DNA of 64,000 nt from Candidatus Latescibacterota bacterium (GCA_965197905.1 CBDAOB010000005.1:1440001-1504000); one strand, 5' to 3'. Positions 1 through 10,204 are shown, counted from the first letter of the stretch. Numbers and translations: made by a program. Notes: generated by a model not told the origin, from the letters alone.

Positions 1-417
1 GAGCTGGAAGTCGAACGGCTCAACCAGGAGCGCGAGCTCAAGCAGCTCTACTCCGATGTCGAGAAACTGGTTCGCGCTGCCGGTTCCGACCGCTCCAACG
101 GCTTCACGACCGATCAGTTGGCCGATCTGCAGGATCAAATCCGCACCTCGGAGCAGCGGGTCACCGCCATCCGCGAGGAGGTCATCGCGCTGGAGCGGGA
201 GGCCGTCGGCGAAGGTGAGTTGACCCGGGCCCTGGCGCACTTCGATCCGGTGTGGGAGTCGCTGTCGACACGCGAGCAGTCGCGCATCATCCGGGTGCTG
301 GTTGAGCGGGTCGGCTACGACGGGCGGGACGGCACGGTGACGGTGGCGTTCCGCTCCCTGGGCATCAAGGCCCTCTGCCAGCAGGCAGCCATCGGCGGTC
401 AGGAGGCGATCGCGTGA
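1..417 (+). CDS. Large serine recombinase, C-terminal part (5' partial)
   Basis: Frame open from base 1; coiled coil then FDPVWESLSTREQSRIIRVLVERVGYDG, typical of large serine recombinase C-termini. Confidence 0.75.
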   Translation, partial: ELEVERLNQERELKQLYSDVEKLVRAAGSDRSNGFTTDQLADLQDQIRTSEQRVTAIREEVIALEREAVGEGELTRALAHFDPVWESLSTREQSRIIRVLVERVGYDGRDGTVTVAFRSLGIKALCQQAAIGGQEAIA

Positions 418-857
418 GAGGTCGCGCATGCGAGCCACGAGCCGGGCCGAGCCCGTTGGAAGTCTCCTTCACGTTCCAGCCCAAGAACGGCCGGAACAAT
501 GGTCACCGCCATGTGGATCCGGACCGAACGGTCGAGCCGGGGAATGTGCTGCGTATCTCCAGATTGATGGCCCTGGCGATCCGGTTCGAGGGGCTGATCC
601 GGCGCGGCGAGGTGCGGGACTATGCGGACTTGGCGCGCCTCGGCTACGTGACCCGGGCGCGGATTACGCAGATCATGAACCTGCTCAACCTCGCGCCCGA
701 CATTCAAGAAGCGCTGCTGTTTCTGCCGCGCACAATCCAGGGCCGCGATCCGATCCGCGAGAAGGACGTCCGTCCCATTGCCGCCGTCCCGCACTGGAAC
801 CGCCAGCGCGCGATGTGGGCGACGCTGGTCAGACAGCGCCCACCGTCCCGTCCGTAA
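414..857 (+). CDS. Conserved hypothetical HTH-like protein that accompanies serine recombinases
   Basis: RISRLMALAIRF...YADLARLGYVTRARITQIMNLLNLAPDIQE; GTGA overlap with the recombinase stop. Confidence 0.7.
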   Translation: MRGRACEPRAGPSPLEVSFTFQPKNGRNNGHRHVDPDRTVEPGNVLRISRLMALAIRFEGLIRRGEVRDYADLARLGYVTRARITQIMNLLNLAPDIQEALLFLPRTIQGRDPIREKDVRPIAAVPHWNRQRAMWATLVRQRPPSRP

Positions 858-955
858 TTTCTCATCATTCGACGCGCTCATTCCCCGTCCATACGCTGTC
901 GTCCCCTGCGAGCGCCCTTCTGCTTTTCCTTGATTTGTGTATACTTTTCTATTAG

Positions 956-971
956 CCTGATATATATCAGG
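956..971. promoter_or_regulatory. Perfect 16-bp palindrome CCTGATATATATCAGG, possible operator
   Basis: Seen directly in an AT-rich intergenic stretch upstream of 1108. Confidence 0.4.
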
Positions 972-1107
972 TAGTAAGGCTTGGGCCTGATGCGTTGGCG
1001 TTGGCTTGCGCCGGTTGCATACAGCGGCTTGAATCGTCCCCAACAGCGTACATTGATGTGACACGCCAAGCTGGCGCTACGAGAGGTACATTTATGGAAA
1101 GGAACCT

Positions 1108-1573
1108 ATGACTCAACAGAGCACCAAGTGCAAGCTCACTATTGCGGTCTTAGGCGATTGGGGCGACGCACAACTCTGCGATATCGAGAAATTGTTAACA
1201 GACACCGCCTCACATATAAATCGTGTGCTCAGAACTCCTTTCGCCGGAGAGATTCATGTCAAGCCTGCACCACCCGACGATCGAACACCCCCGGGTTCTT
1301 TATCGTTGTTCTCAATGCGAGCCATATGTCATCCAGCTCGACACTCGCGGCACGTATTGGTCTCAATATGCATACCAATTTTCACATGAGTTCTGTCATA
1401 TTCTATCCGGTTATGAGCACCTGAAAGAAAACCCGAACCAGTGGTTTCATGAGACGGTCTGCGAGCTTGCTTCGGTGTTCAGTCTTCGGCGTATGGCAGA
1501 GCGGTGGCCTATTCACCCACCCTACCCCAAGTGGGCTGACTATTCGGACTCGTTGATGTGTTACATTAACGAG
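1108..1573 (+). pseudogene. HExxH metalloprotease-like gene, N-terminal part (frameshifted, interrupted)
   Basis: ORFs 1108 and 1223 join across a C5 run at 1288-1292; YQFSHEFCH...WFHETVCE motif; likely continues at 3930-4230. Confidence 0.6.
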
Positions 1574-1822
1574 TCCGACGTTGAGCAGGCTGCGCTTGCT
1601 GGCTGCAGGGCCTCGGCTGGCGTGTGGCCCAGGGGCCAGATATTGCCTCGGAGCGTGCCGACTACGGGGCGGTGGTGCTGGAGCGGCGGCGGCGGGACGC
1701 CTCCCGCCCGGCTCAACCTGGGAGCTGCCCGCCGAGGCGTTGGAGGACGTCTTCCGCAGGCTGACCAGACCGGAAGGACCGACCCTGCAACCGCGCCTTC
1801 CACCGGATGCTGGTGGAGCGCC
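1571..1822 (+). pseudogene. hsdR: Type I restriction subunit R, N-terminal fragment
   Basis: Across frameshifts reads ESDVEQAAL..GLGWRVAQGPDI..SERADYGAVVLERR..LPAEALEDVFRRLTRPEGPTL..RAFHRMLVE. Confidence 0.7.
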
Positions 1823-1860
1823 CGTCACAGATGAACAGGGAAGAAGGGAAAGGAGATGAC

Positions 1861-3120
1861 ATGCTGTCGATCAGATCAAACGTAGCCTGGAAGGTGGGTG
1901 CGGTCTGTGCGCTGTTGATCGGCATGGCCGCGGCGTGCGGCGATGATTCGGTTAGCGGTCCTGAGCCGACCCCGGACGCCGCTATACCGCTGAAGATCGG
2001 TCTGCTGCTGCATTTCAGCGAGGGATCGATCGAGTTGGCCGTCGCTTGGCGGCGGGCCTTCGACCTGGCGATCAAGCACATCAACGGAGGAGGAGGCGTG
2101 TTTGGGCGGCCGGTTGAGGTGCTCGTGGAAGATTCCACCCTCGACCCCGTGGCGGACGTGGCGCGGCGCATGATCGAGGTCGAGGGTGTTCACGTCATCG
2201 TTGGCCCCATCACCAGCGCGGATGCGCTCCTTGTCGCGGAGCAAGTGACCGGCTCTGCGGGCATACCCACTATTAGCCCTTCGGCCACCTCCCCAAGGCT
2301 CACGGAGGCCGCGGATCACGACTTCCTCTTCCGTACCGCTCTATCCGACAACGCCCAGGGGCCCGTCCTCGCACGCGTCACGCGAGAGCGAGGCTTCACC
2401 AACGTCGGCCTAGTCTACCGCGATGATGCCTGGGGGCAGGGCCTGTCCAGGTCTTTTGAAGAGACCTGGACAGGAACGCTCCAGGCCGCCGCAATCGATC
2501 CCGGCCAGACTACTTTCCTCCCCCAGTTGCGGCAGACGGCGGGCGAGGAAGCCCAGGCCCTCGTCGTCATCACCTTCGAGGCGGAAGCTGTGACCCTTAT
2601 CCGGGAGGCGATCGAGAACGGCCTGTACGACCAATTCACGTTCGGCGACGCCCTGAAGAGCCTTGAGTTGGTCAGAGCCATTGGGGGCGAGCACCTCGGA
2701 GGCATGTACGGCACGGCGGGGGCAACTGCCCCGGATAACGCGGCTTCAGCCGCATGGGATAGTGCATACGTCGCGGAATACGGCAAACTACCGGTGTTCG
2801 TCTACGTCAAGGAGGCCTATGACGCCACTGTCGCGCTCACACTCGCGGCCCAGGCCGCCGGCAGCGTCGATGGGGCCGCTATCCGTGACCGGCTGCGCGC
2901 CATCGGCAGTGCGCCGGGCGAGGTCGTGATCGCGGGTCCGGAAGGCATCGCCTCCGCTCTTCGTATTCTCGCAGAGGGCGGGGATGTCGACTACGAAGGC
3001 GCCGCCGTCACGCTGGATTGGGACGAGAACGGCGACCTGAGCCGCGGCCATATCGGCGTCTGGCGTTTCACCGAAGATGAGCAGATCGAAGACCTCGAGG
3101 CGGTCGCGTTCGAGTATTAG
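1861..3120 (+). CDS. ABC transporter substrate-binding lipoprotein, branched-chain amino acid family
   Basis: Lipobox-like AAAC, INGGGGVFGRPVEVLVED, ISPSATSPRLT, FLFRTALSD; AGGAG upstream of ATG 1861. Confidence 0.88.
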   Translation: MLSIRSNVAWKVGAVCALLIGMAAACGDDSVSGPEPTPDAAIPLKIGLLLHFSEGSIELAVAWRRAFDLAIKHINGGGGVFGRPVEVLVEDSTLDPVADVARRMIEVEGVHVIVGPITSADALLVAEQVTGSAGIPTISPSATSPRLTEAADHDFLFRTALSDNAQGPVLARVTRERGFTNVGLVYRDDAWGQGLSRSFEETWTGTLQAAAIDPGQTTFLPQLRQTAGEEAQALVVITFEAEAVTLIREAIENGLYDQFTFGDALKSLELVRAIGGEHLGGMYGTAGATAPDNAASAAWDSAYVAEYGKLPVFVYVKEAYDATVALTLAAQAAGSVDGAAIRDRLRAIGSAPGEVVIAGPEGIASALRILAEGGDVDYEGAAVTLDWDENGDLSRGHIGVWRFTEDEQIEDLEAVAFEY

Positions 3121-3177
3121 ACCCATGAGGAGCGTCGGCGCGCTCTCCGCGACGCTACACGGCAAGAGGATCGCGTC

Positions 3178-3726
3178 GTGAGCAAGGTCCTCTTTTCAAC
3201 GTATCTGAACCATCTAGCCGACGTGTGGCCCGTCGGGGCGACGCGCGGGAGGAGAGCTTCTACCCGGCGCTGGCGGGTATGCTGAAGGCTGTGGCCTCCG
3301 CCACCGGCAGGACGCACGTCCACGTGACCACCCTGCCCCGGCCCACCGAGGGCGGCAACCCGGATTTCCGCCTCTGGAACGGCAAGGATCGCATCATCGG
3401 CTACCTGGAAGCCAAGAAACCGACGGAAGAGCGGCTGGATGCCGTCGAGGATTCCGAACAACTCAGGCGCTACCGGTCCACGTTCCCGAACCTCATCCTC
3501 ACCAACTTTCTCGAGTTCCGGTTGTACCGGAACGGCAAACGCGAGCGGACGGTCGTGGCCGCCCGGCCCCTGGTGCTTAACACGCTGGGCACGTCGCCGC
3601 CGATTGAAAAGCCGGATGAACTCTACGCCCTGCTCGACCGCTTCCTCGGCTTTGCGCTGCCCCCAACGTTCACCGCCGAATCGCTGGCCATCGAACTGGC
3701 CAAGCGCACGCACCTCCTCCGCGACC
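3178..3726 (+). pseudogene. Single-chain restriction-modification enzyme (Type ISP/IIG-like), N-terminal fragment
   Basis: GDAREESFYPAL...GNPDF...IGYLEAK...EQLRRY...NLILTNFLEFRLY; early frameshift near 3225; similarity stops after KRTHLLRD. Confidence 0.7.
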
Positions 3727-3929
3727 GGAATGGGAAGTGGGATCAGCCGGGCGTTTCTTCATTCGAGCACTCCCCAAAAATCCCTCACCCGTTTGCTGGC
3801 CTCGGCAACCGTCTTGAGTCGTGTTTCCTCGGCTGTCCAAGGCTTTCCAGGGTGAAGGGTATCCCACCAACTTCGCTCCGTTTTCCTCCGCCTGCCGCCT
3901 TGATGGTGTTTCCCGAGTTACACGCAGGT

Positions 3930-4230
3930 GCGGCTTACGTGTCGAGAGGTCCAGCTGCCTGTGGCCACCACCCTTCCGGATTGGCTATCGTCCCACGAAG
4001 CGGGGTTACGCAAGGATCCGTACCAAAGAGACAAGAACGCATTGGTGGCATACGCTCTTTTGCCAGTCTTCGAGGAATTCCCAGCAGGATGGAACGCCAT
4101 TGGCAGATTTCCGAGTTCTTCGGCAGAACTTGCGTGCTCCCTATCTGACTGGTCTTCGTCTGTTGACCCTGATGACATGCCTTTCGTGGTCCGTCTATCA
4201 GATGAACTTGGCTATTACAATCGCGTCTAA
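3930..4230 (+). pseudogene. Probable C-terminal part of the gene begun at 1108
   Basis: RLTCREVQLP...LRKDPYQRDKNALVAYALLPVFE; composition similar to 1108-1573. Confidence 0.5.
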
Positions 4231-4452
4231 CAACAGGTAATTCAGACCCAGTGCCCCGAAATCGGACCTGCACATCAGGTTCGAGGAAACTCCTTCATCA
4301 GCGGTTTGGCTGCACCCGAGAGATGAAAGCACACAACGGCCAGAACTTAACATCGAACAATAAAAGACCTGGGTAGTTTCGATGGTTATGCACCGGTCGC
4401 ATGAGGTTGTGCGCATCGTTGTGCCGAGCACGGAATGGAACGGATGGAAGTT

Positions 4453-4973
4453 ATGGCTCCGAAGCACACGCCCAGAGGTCGACGCCCGCTCCAAGAAATC
4501 AGCGTCCCCCAACGGCGCACCTTGAAAGAAATCCGGCGATTCCTCGACCAGCGCGGGTTCCCCCCCGACAATCCAAGAGCTTGCGGATAGGCTGGGGATC
4601 TCTCACGCCAGCGCGCATGCGCAGGTGAGCCAGCTGGTACGCAAGGGCTACCTGAGGCGGGAACCGCGCAAGGCCCGGGGACTGGCCATCCTTCGCGAGC
4701 CGGAAGACCCCGCCCCGGAGCACGGTGGCCGCGGGGGCGCCGATTCTGGCCCCGGAGAACATCGTCGGCGAGGTGCTGATCGTCGTGGCGCTGCTCGGCG
4801 ACGAGGTGACCGTGAAGCGTCTCTCCATTCGCGACGAGCAGATTGAGTTGAGGCCGGAGAACCGCTGGCACCGGCCGGTCACCGTTGGGCCGGACGACGC
4901 GTTCCGCATTCTGGGGAAGGTGGTGGCAACGAAACGGAAGCCTCCTACCCGGAAAGGGATCGACGGGACATGA
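4453..4973 (+). pseudogene. lexA: LexA-like repressor, frameshifted and internally deleted
   Basis: RGFPPTIQELADRLG, LVRKGYLRREPRKARGL, VAAG cleavage site and TVKR are present; the GDSM catalytic-Ser segment is absent. Confidence 0.75.
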
Positions 4974-4980
4974 CGCAGGC

Positions 4981-6017
4981 CGTGAACTCGGACTCGGCAG
5001 CGTCGCCCTGGTTTCGCTGGCCGAGGCCCGGGAGAAGGCGCTGGCCAATCGCAAGCTGGCTCGCGAGGGCGGTGTGACCCGCTGGCAGAGAAGCGCCGCG
5101 CCCAGGGCACACCCAGCTTCGCTGAAGCCGCCGCGCGCGTGGTGGAACAGCAGCAACCCGGTTGGCGCGATCCGAATTACCCGAAGGTCTGGCTGCGAAA
5201 CCTGGAACGCTACGCCTTCCCGCGGATCGGCAAGATGCCGGTCTCGGAGGTGACCAGCGCCGACGTGCTGGAAATCCTCACGCCCATCTGGCACGTGAAG
5301 ATGCAGACGGCCCGGACCGTGCGCCAGCGCATCCGCGCCGTGCTGGAGTGGGCCATCGCCATGGAGTTCCGCATCGACAACGCGTGCGACCGGATCGTGC
5401 CGGCGCTCGGTCCCCAACGTGACGTTGTGCAGCGCATGCAGGCGTTGCCCCATCGCGACGTGTCGGCGGCCATCGAAACGGTACGAGCGGCGGGGGCAGC
5501 GCCCGTGGCCAAGCTGGCCTTCGAATTCCTGGTGCTGACGGCGGCGCGGTGGAACGAGGTGAGGGGGGCGGTGTGGGCTGAGATCGATCAGACGGACCGC
5601 GTATGGACGGTTCCTGCCACAAGGATGAAGGCCAAACGCGAGCATCGGGTGCCGCTGTGTGGCCGCGCGATGGAGATTCTCGATGCAGCATCGGTGCTTG
5701 ACGACGGAGCCAGTACGTTCGTGTTCACCATCGGGGACGGGCAACCGCTTTTCGAAAAGGAGCTGCGCCGCCTGCTCCACAAGCTGGATATCGCCGCCGT
5801 GCCGCACGGTTTCCGATCTAGCTTTCGGGACTGGGCGGCCGAGAAGACGGATCATCCCCGGGAAGTGATCGAGGCGGCCCTAGCGCACGTGGTCCGGAAC
5901 AAGGTCGAGGCGGCCTACGCCCGTTCGGACTTGTTTGAGCGCCGCCGTATTCTGATGGACGACTGGTCGCGCTACCTAGTCCAAGGGACGGTAAAGGATT
6001 CGGAGCCCGGACAATAA
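4981..6017 (+). pseudogene. Tyrosine integrase, P4/IntA-like; 5'-truncated and frameshifted, catalytic domain open (5139-6017)
   Basis: RELGLG..VSLAEAREKA arm-binding piece; LTAAR, MKAKREHRVPL, HGFRSSFRDW, LAH, AAY catalytic motifs. Confidence 0.85.
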
Positions 6018-6196
6018 CATCGGCTGAAGCCATCCAGCGGGGTGGCCAGATCAGGCGAGCGGTGGCTCGGTGTTGCAGAAGAGATCCCGGTTGTGGCATG
6101 GGTTGCTCGATTGGTCGGAAGCGGTGGACCGTTGTGGCGCGGAGAGAGGTGACAGCGTAAGCCGGAATGGCAACGCCGGTAAGGAGTAAATTCATA

Positions 6197-7300
6197 ATGG
6201 CGAGAAAGAACCGAACAGTAGCGAATCGGCAGAAGTCTCTTCAACCCGTCGCGCCGGAGGCGAACTTCACGCTAGCCGGAGTGCGGATGATGTATGCGGG
6301 GATGGAAGGTAAAGAGTTCCGTTGCTCAATCGGTGGGCATTGTCGAACACAGATTTTTGAATTCCCGCGGATCGATTTTCGTCCGAACGGCGACGAGCCT
6401 CATCACTCCATTTATGACTCTCCGTCGGTTCAAGCGTGTGTTACCTCGAATCTAGTCGGCTACTTCGCTAACGGGACGCGTGGTAGGCATTACGCCATCA
6501 GCCCTTGCTTGCGGCACGTAGTCGGTGAGACCGAAAAGAAGATCAGATCCCAACAAAAGGACCACGTACCGGTGTTTTTGGTGATCGAGGAGCACAGCGA
6601 GTTGACGCCTGTCGAGATGATCAAGGGTGAATGCAGTATATCGGACGAAGTGTTGTTACGAGATGGTGAAAAGAGACCTGTTTTGGTTGGCGGTAGGGAA
6701 AATCAGAAGTTCATAACCGCTTGGGCTACGGTTGACGGAGCGTGGCCGACAATTCCCAGCAATCAACAGCTCGTAAATTTGATACTGGCGGGCGTCCGAG
6801 TCGCCCAGCAGACAGCCAATCCGATACGCAAATACGTGGATCAGAGCTGTCTCGTGACGGACGATGGCCGCTTCGTGGAGATGATGCGACCTACAATGTC
6901 GGGAAGAGGGCAAACAGCAACGGTGATGGATGCCAGGGCGTATAGAAGCAGGGCCGCAGATATTCGGAAAGCCATTGCTGTCATTGAACTGGACATTGAG
7001 ACTCCGCACATGGCACTGCTAATCAACTCAATGTACAGCGATGATCACAAGGACGAGTCCTACCGGCGACTCCATTACCTGCGTTTATGGCAATCGTTGG
7101 CCGAGGCCGGAAAAGCAGGCCTGCGTTACGCGGGAAATGTCAGGGAAGACGACGTTGTTGTGGCTGGACAGAAGACGCTAAGGGAGTTGACTGAATACCG
7201 AGTTGACATTGCGCACTGGTGGACGGATACCATTGACGAGAACTTCTTGGCAGATCTGCAGCGGACAATAAACGAACTGATTCGCCACAGATATTTCTAA
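6197..7300 (+). CDS. Hypothetical protein with putative C-terminal HEPN (ApeA/MauJ-like) domain
   Basis: Intact ORF with AAGGAG RBS; YLRLWQSL helix followed by R-x4-H (RVDIAH). Confidence 0.55.
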   Translation: MARKNRTVANRQKSLQPVAPEANFTLAGVRMMYAGMEGKEFRCSIGGHCRTQIFEFPRIDFRPNGDEPHHSIYDSPSVQACVTSNLVGYFANGTRGRHYAISPCLRHVVGETEKKIRSQQKDHVPVFLVIEEHSELTPVEMIKGECSISDEVLLRDGEKRPVLVGGRENQKFITAWATVDGAWPTIPSNQQLVNLILAGVRVAQQTANPIRKYVDQSCLVTDDGRFVEMMRPTMSGRGQTATVMDARAYRSRAADIRKAIAVIELDIETPHMALLINSMYSDDHKDESYRRLHYLRLWQSLAEAGKAGLRYAGNVREDDVVVAGQKTLRELTEYRVDIAHWWTDTIDENFLADLQRTINELIRHRYF

Positions 7301-7381
7301 GTAATCGGCGCGGTCGCTTCTTTCTTGGGGCGGAGGCTCCCAGCGGATTTGCGGGATTATTGAGTAAGAATAGATTTAGTT

Positions 7382-7612
7382 ATGAATTATATTGAACTAC
7401 AAGAAAACAATTAAGATTGAAGACCGTGGGCCAATTCCACGTGGCTGGGAGATAGCCAGGTGTGGATGAGGACGGCCGTAGAGAAGGACCGCCGAAGTGG
7501 ACGCGGGCGGAATGATGTCGAGATCAATCACCACGAGCTCAACGTGGCACACGTATGCGCGGGTCTTGCATTCGAACTAGTGCTAAAGGCATTGGCGAAA
7601 AGTGAAGGTCGA
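7382..7612 (+). pseudogene. HEPN-like gene fragment
   Basis: HVCAGLAFELVLKAL resembles the first HEPN helix; frameshifted and truncated. Confidence 0.4.
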
Positions 7613-7619
7613 CGCCCGA

Positions 7620-7733
7620 CAAGAACGACCGCTCCGGCTCACCGACGACCAGCGCCACCGCCTCACCGTCCTTGGCCATCGCTTGGGCCGTGCTCGGCTG
7701 CGGGAGTTGGCCACTATCGTGACCCCAGACACG
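7620..7733 (+). mobile_element. Transposase (integrase-core family) fragment
   Basis: LRLTDDQRHRLTVLGHRLGRARLRELATIVTPDT. Confidence 0.6.
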
Positions 7734-7902
7734 GGATTTCCGTATGTACCCCGTCGGTCCACCACGCTCCGCCCAGTTTCGCGCCAGCTGGGCCGTAGAT
7801 GATCCGGAAATCGTCCGCATCTCGAACAGTGCAGCGACTCATGGACCGTTAGCCGGAACAGAGCATCAGATTGCCACAGCCGACCGAGCGGAAGACGGCA
7901 CT

Positions 7903-8327
7903 CTACTTGCGCCAACTTCCTAACGACAGACTGCGCCATACGCGTCCGAGCCATGAACGAAGAGTCTGACGGCTCGGTGTTGAGCCGAGCAGGCGGGCCC
8001 GCTCGACGTCGGCATACTCCGAATGACGACCTGGATCGATCCTATCCAACCAAATCACGGCGTTGTCCCGTATAGCGTAGTGGCTGCCGCAGCCGGAATT
8101 GGCCCACACGGACCCACGGGTAGGACCGTCCAGGGAGACCGACTTCCCATCGAAGTGAACGTGCCACCGGCTGGGGTGAGGGACAGCACCGTCAGATCCC
8201 CGCAACCGCAGGGACAGCGCAGGTTGACGGTCCGATACTTGTGGCTGATCCAGAGCTCGCCAGCTTTGATTGCGTCGAACTTGGGCAGAACGTCTACCCA
8301 GATGGGACGGAGTTTCACGGGCGCCAC
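7903..8327 (-). CDS. DUF6527-family protein (one frameshift near 8178)
   Basis: GELWISHKYRTVNLRCPCGCG / HPSRWHV..SVSL..SVW..GCGSHYAIRDNAVIW split over ORFs 8055-8327 and 7903-8205. Confidence 0.75.
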
Positions 8328-8336
8328 TCCTGTGAG

Positions 8337-9323
8337 TCAGTCCGCTCTGACAATGCGCGGCGTCTCGAGTCGGAACCTATGGAGGAACGAAGCGGACTCA
8401 GAAATATACTGCTCCGTGCGGCGCCGCCACTCCATCACGGCAAGTGACGCCGCCAACGCGTTCACTTCGGGCAACTGGACGTTGCGATACCCGGGGACGT
8501 TACCCTCGACTCTAGCATTCGGTATGGCCTCCTTCCACGCCACAGAGCCTGTGGCATAGGCGCTTGTCGTCACGACGCCTCTAACGGCGCGGTCGTCCAG
8601 CGTTATGCTCACGCCCGAATCTATGAACGGAACCGCCGCCTTCGAGAGCGCGCAGTAGACGACATCCTGACGCGGCGAATCGCCGTCGGTCAACTGGTCA
8701 ATACACACGAAGGCATAGTCGATTCGATGAGCCGACAGAAACTCGCCGAACGTGGACGGGCTGTCCACTCGGACAGCGTGGGGGTGGATGCCTTCCCGGA
8801 GGGACGCGTACTTGGAATAGTAGTAGTCCACTTTGCGTAGACGTCCCTTGTGACGCGACTCAATCTCCTCGGCAGCAGGTGCGCCGGGCGCCCGCATGAA
8901 GTTGTGCCAGTTAACGTCGTCGGAATCCAAAAGATAGATTTCCATCACGGGCGTTTTGGCAACAAGGTCCAAGACGTAGGCGCCCGTTCCGCCCAGGCCA
9001 ATGATCGCAATCCGCTGATCGCGGATTCGATCCTGAACCGGGCCTACCGCCGCTCGTGCCTCGAAAGTGTTAGGTATCTTGAACGGACCCCGCTTCGCGA
9101 GAGAAGCAGTTTCGGAGTAGCCGGCCGCCGACACGGCCCCGACGATCTGCTTCGCATAGCGATGGATCAAGTCGCTCGCCGACTCGTCCTCTTCCGGGCT
9201 GTCTTGGCTACCTTTCCGGATGGAGATGTTCGACCAAGTTTTTCCGTCGCCGGTGATGTGCTTGTTCTCCGCCTCGTGCAGCTCGTTCCAGATCAACTGC
9301 GGTTCGCTCATCGTAACGGACAT
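8337..9323 (-). CDS. ThiF/E1-like adenylyltransferase with N-terminal extension, probably 5'-truncated
   Basis: IAIIGLGGTGAYVLDLVAKTPV, D..NWHNFMRAPG, FVCID, NVQLPEVNALAASLAV. Confidence 0.82.
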   Translation of the reverse strand: MSVTMSEPQLIWNELHEAENKHITGDGKTWSNISIRKGSQDSPEEDESASDLIHRYAKQIVGAVSAAGYSETASLAKRGPFKIPNTFEARAAVGPVQDRIRDQRIAIIGLGGTGAYVLDLVAKTPVMEIYLLDSDDVNWHNFMRAPGAPAAEEIESRHKGRLRKVDYYYSKYASLREGIHPHAVRVDSPSTFGEFLSAHRIDYAFVCIDQLTDGDSPRQDVVYCALSKAAVPFIDSGVSITLDDRAVRGVVTTSAYATGSVAWKEAIPNARVEGNVPGYRNVQLPEVNALAASLAVMEWRRRTEQYISESASFLHRFRLETPRIVRAD

Positions 9324-9339
9324 GACCTTGATACAGCGC

Positions 9340-9985
9340 TGACGAGACCACGCAAGGCGACGCGAGGCTCACGCGCTTCTTGCGGCAGCTGGCCGGGTAC
9401 GCGCTCACCGGCGGCGACCCGATCAGCGCCCGGTTCATGCGCCAGGACTTTTTCACCTACCGGCCGCAGTTCAAGCTGCTGATCGTCGGCAACCACAAGC
9501 CGGTGCTGCGGAACGTGGATGAAGCCGCCCGTCGGCGCTTCAACATTATTCCCTTTGTCCACAAACCCGAGACCCCGGACCAGCGTCTGGAAGAGAAGCT
9601 CAAAGCGGAGTATCCGGCCATCCTGCGCTGGATGATCGAGGGCTGTCTGGACTGGCGGGAGCACGGACTACTGCGGCCCGACAGCGTCCGGCAGGCCACG
9701 GCCGCCTACTTCGACGAGCAGGATCTGTTCGGACAATGGATCGAGGCCTGCTGCGAGACCGGGCCCGGGTCATGGGACACCACGGCGCGTCTTTTTGACT
9801 CCTGGAAACACTATGCAGAACGCAACGGCGAATACCCCGGCAGCACCAAGGCGTTCAGCGCCAACCTGTCCAAACGGGAGTTCCTCGCCGACCGGCGCAG
9901 CGTGCACGGTTGCACCCAGCGTATTTTCCGCGGGATTGCCGTCCAGGTCGGGCAGGATGGACGGTTGGACGGATGGGACCGATGA
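9340..9985 (+). pseudogene. P4/D5-family primase-helicase, C-terminal remnant with internal deletion
   Basis: FLRQLAGYALTG fused directly to GDPISARFMRQDFFTYRPQFKLLIVGNHKP; Walker A/B segment missing. Confidence 0.82.
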
Positions 9986-10059
9986 AACCATTCACCGCTC
10001 ACGCGCGGGCGAGTACGCGCGCGTAGACGATCAACCGGATCACGCGTCCCATCCGTCCA
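9966..10059. repeat. 14-bp perfect inverted repeat TGGACGGATGGGAC / GTCCCATCCGTCCA
   Basis: Arms at 9966-9979 and 10046-10059 with imperfect outward extension, at the primase 3' end. Confidence 0.7.
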
Positions 10060-10204
10060 GTCTGTCCAGCAAGGGCACCCGACCTACCTGCATCGAGGCG
10101 CCGCCATCGGTGCCAACGGCTCAACAAAAAACTCACGGTTCCCCCGACGTTTTCCGCTCCCGTCCGGTAAGTATGTACGGTGAGGGGACAGCCCCCTCGA
10201 AACA

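Noticed and set aside
956..971. E. coli-type SOS box
   Set aside because: Spacing is CTG-N8-CAG, not CTG-N10-CAG
4386..5855. 489-aa minus-strand ORF
   Set aside because: Antisense to the integrase and lexA remnants; no recognisable motifs
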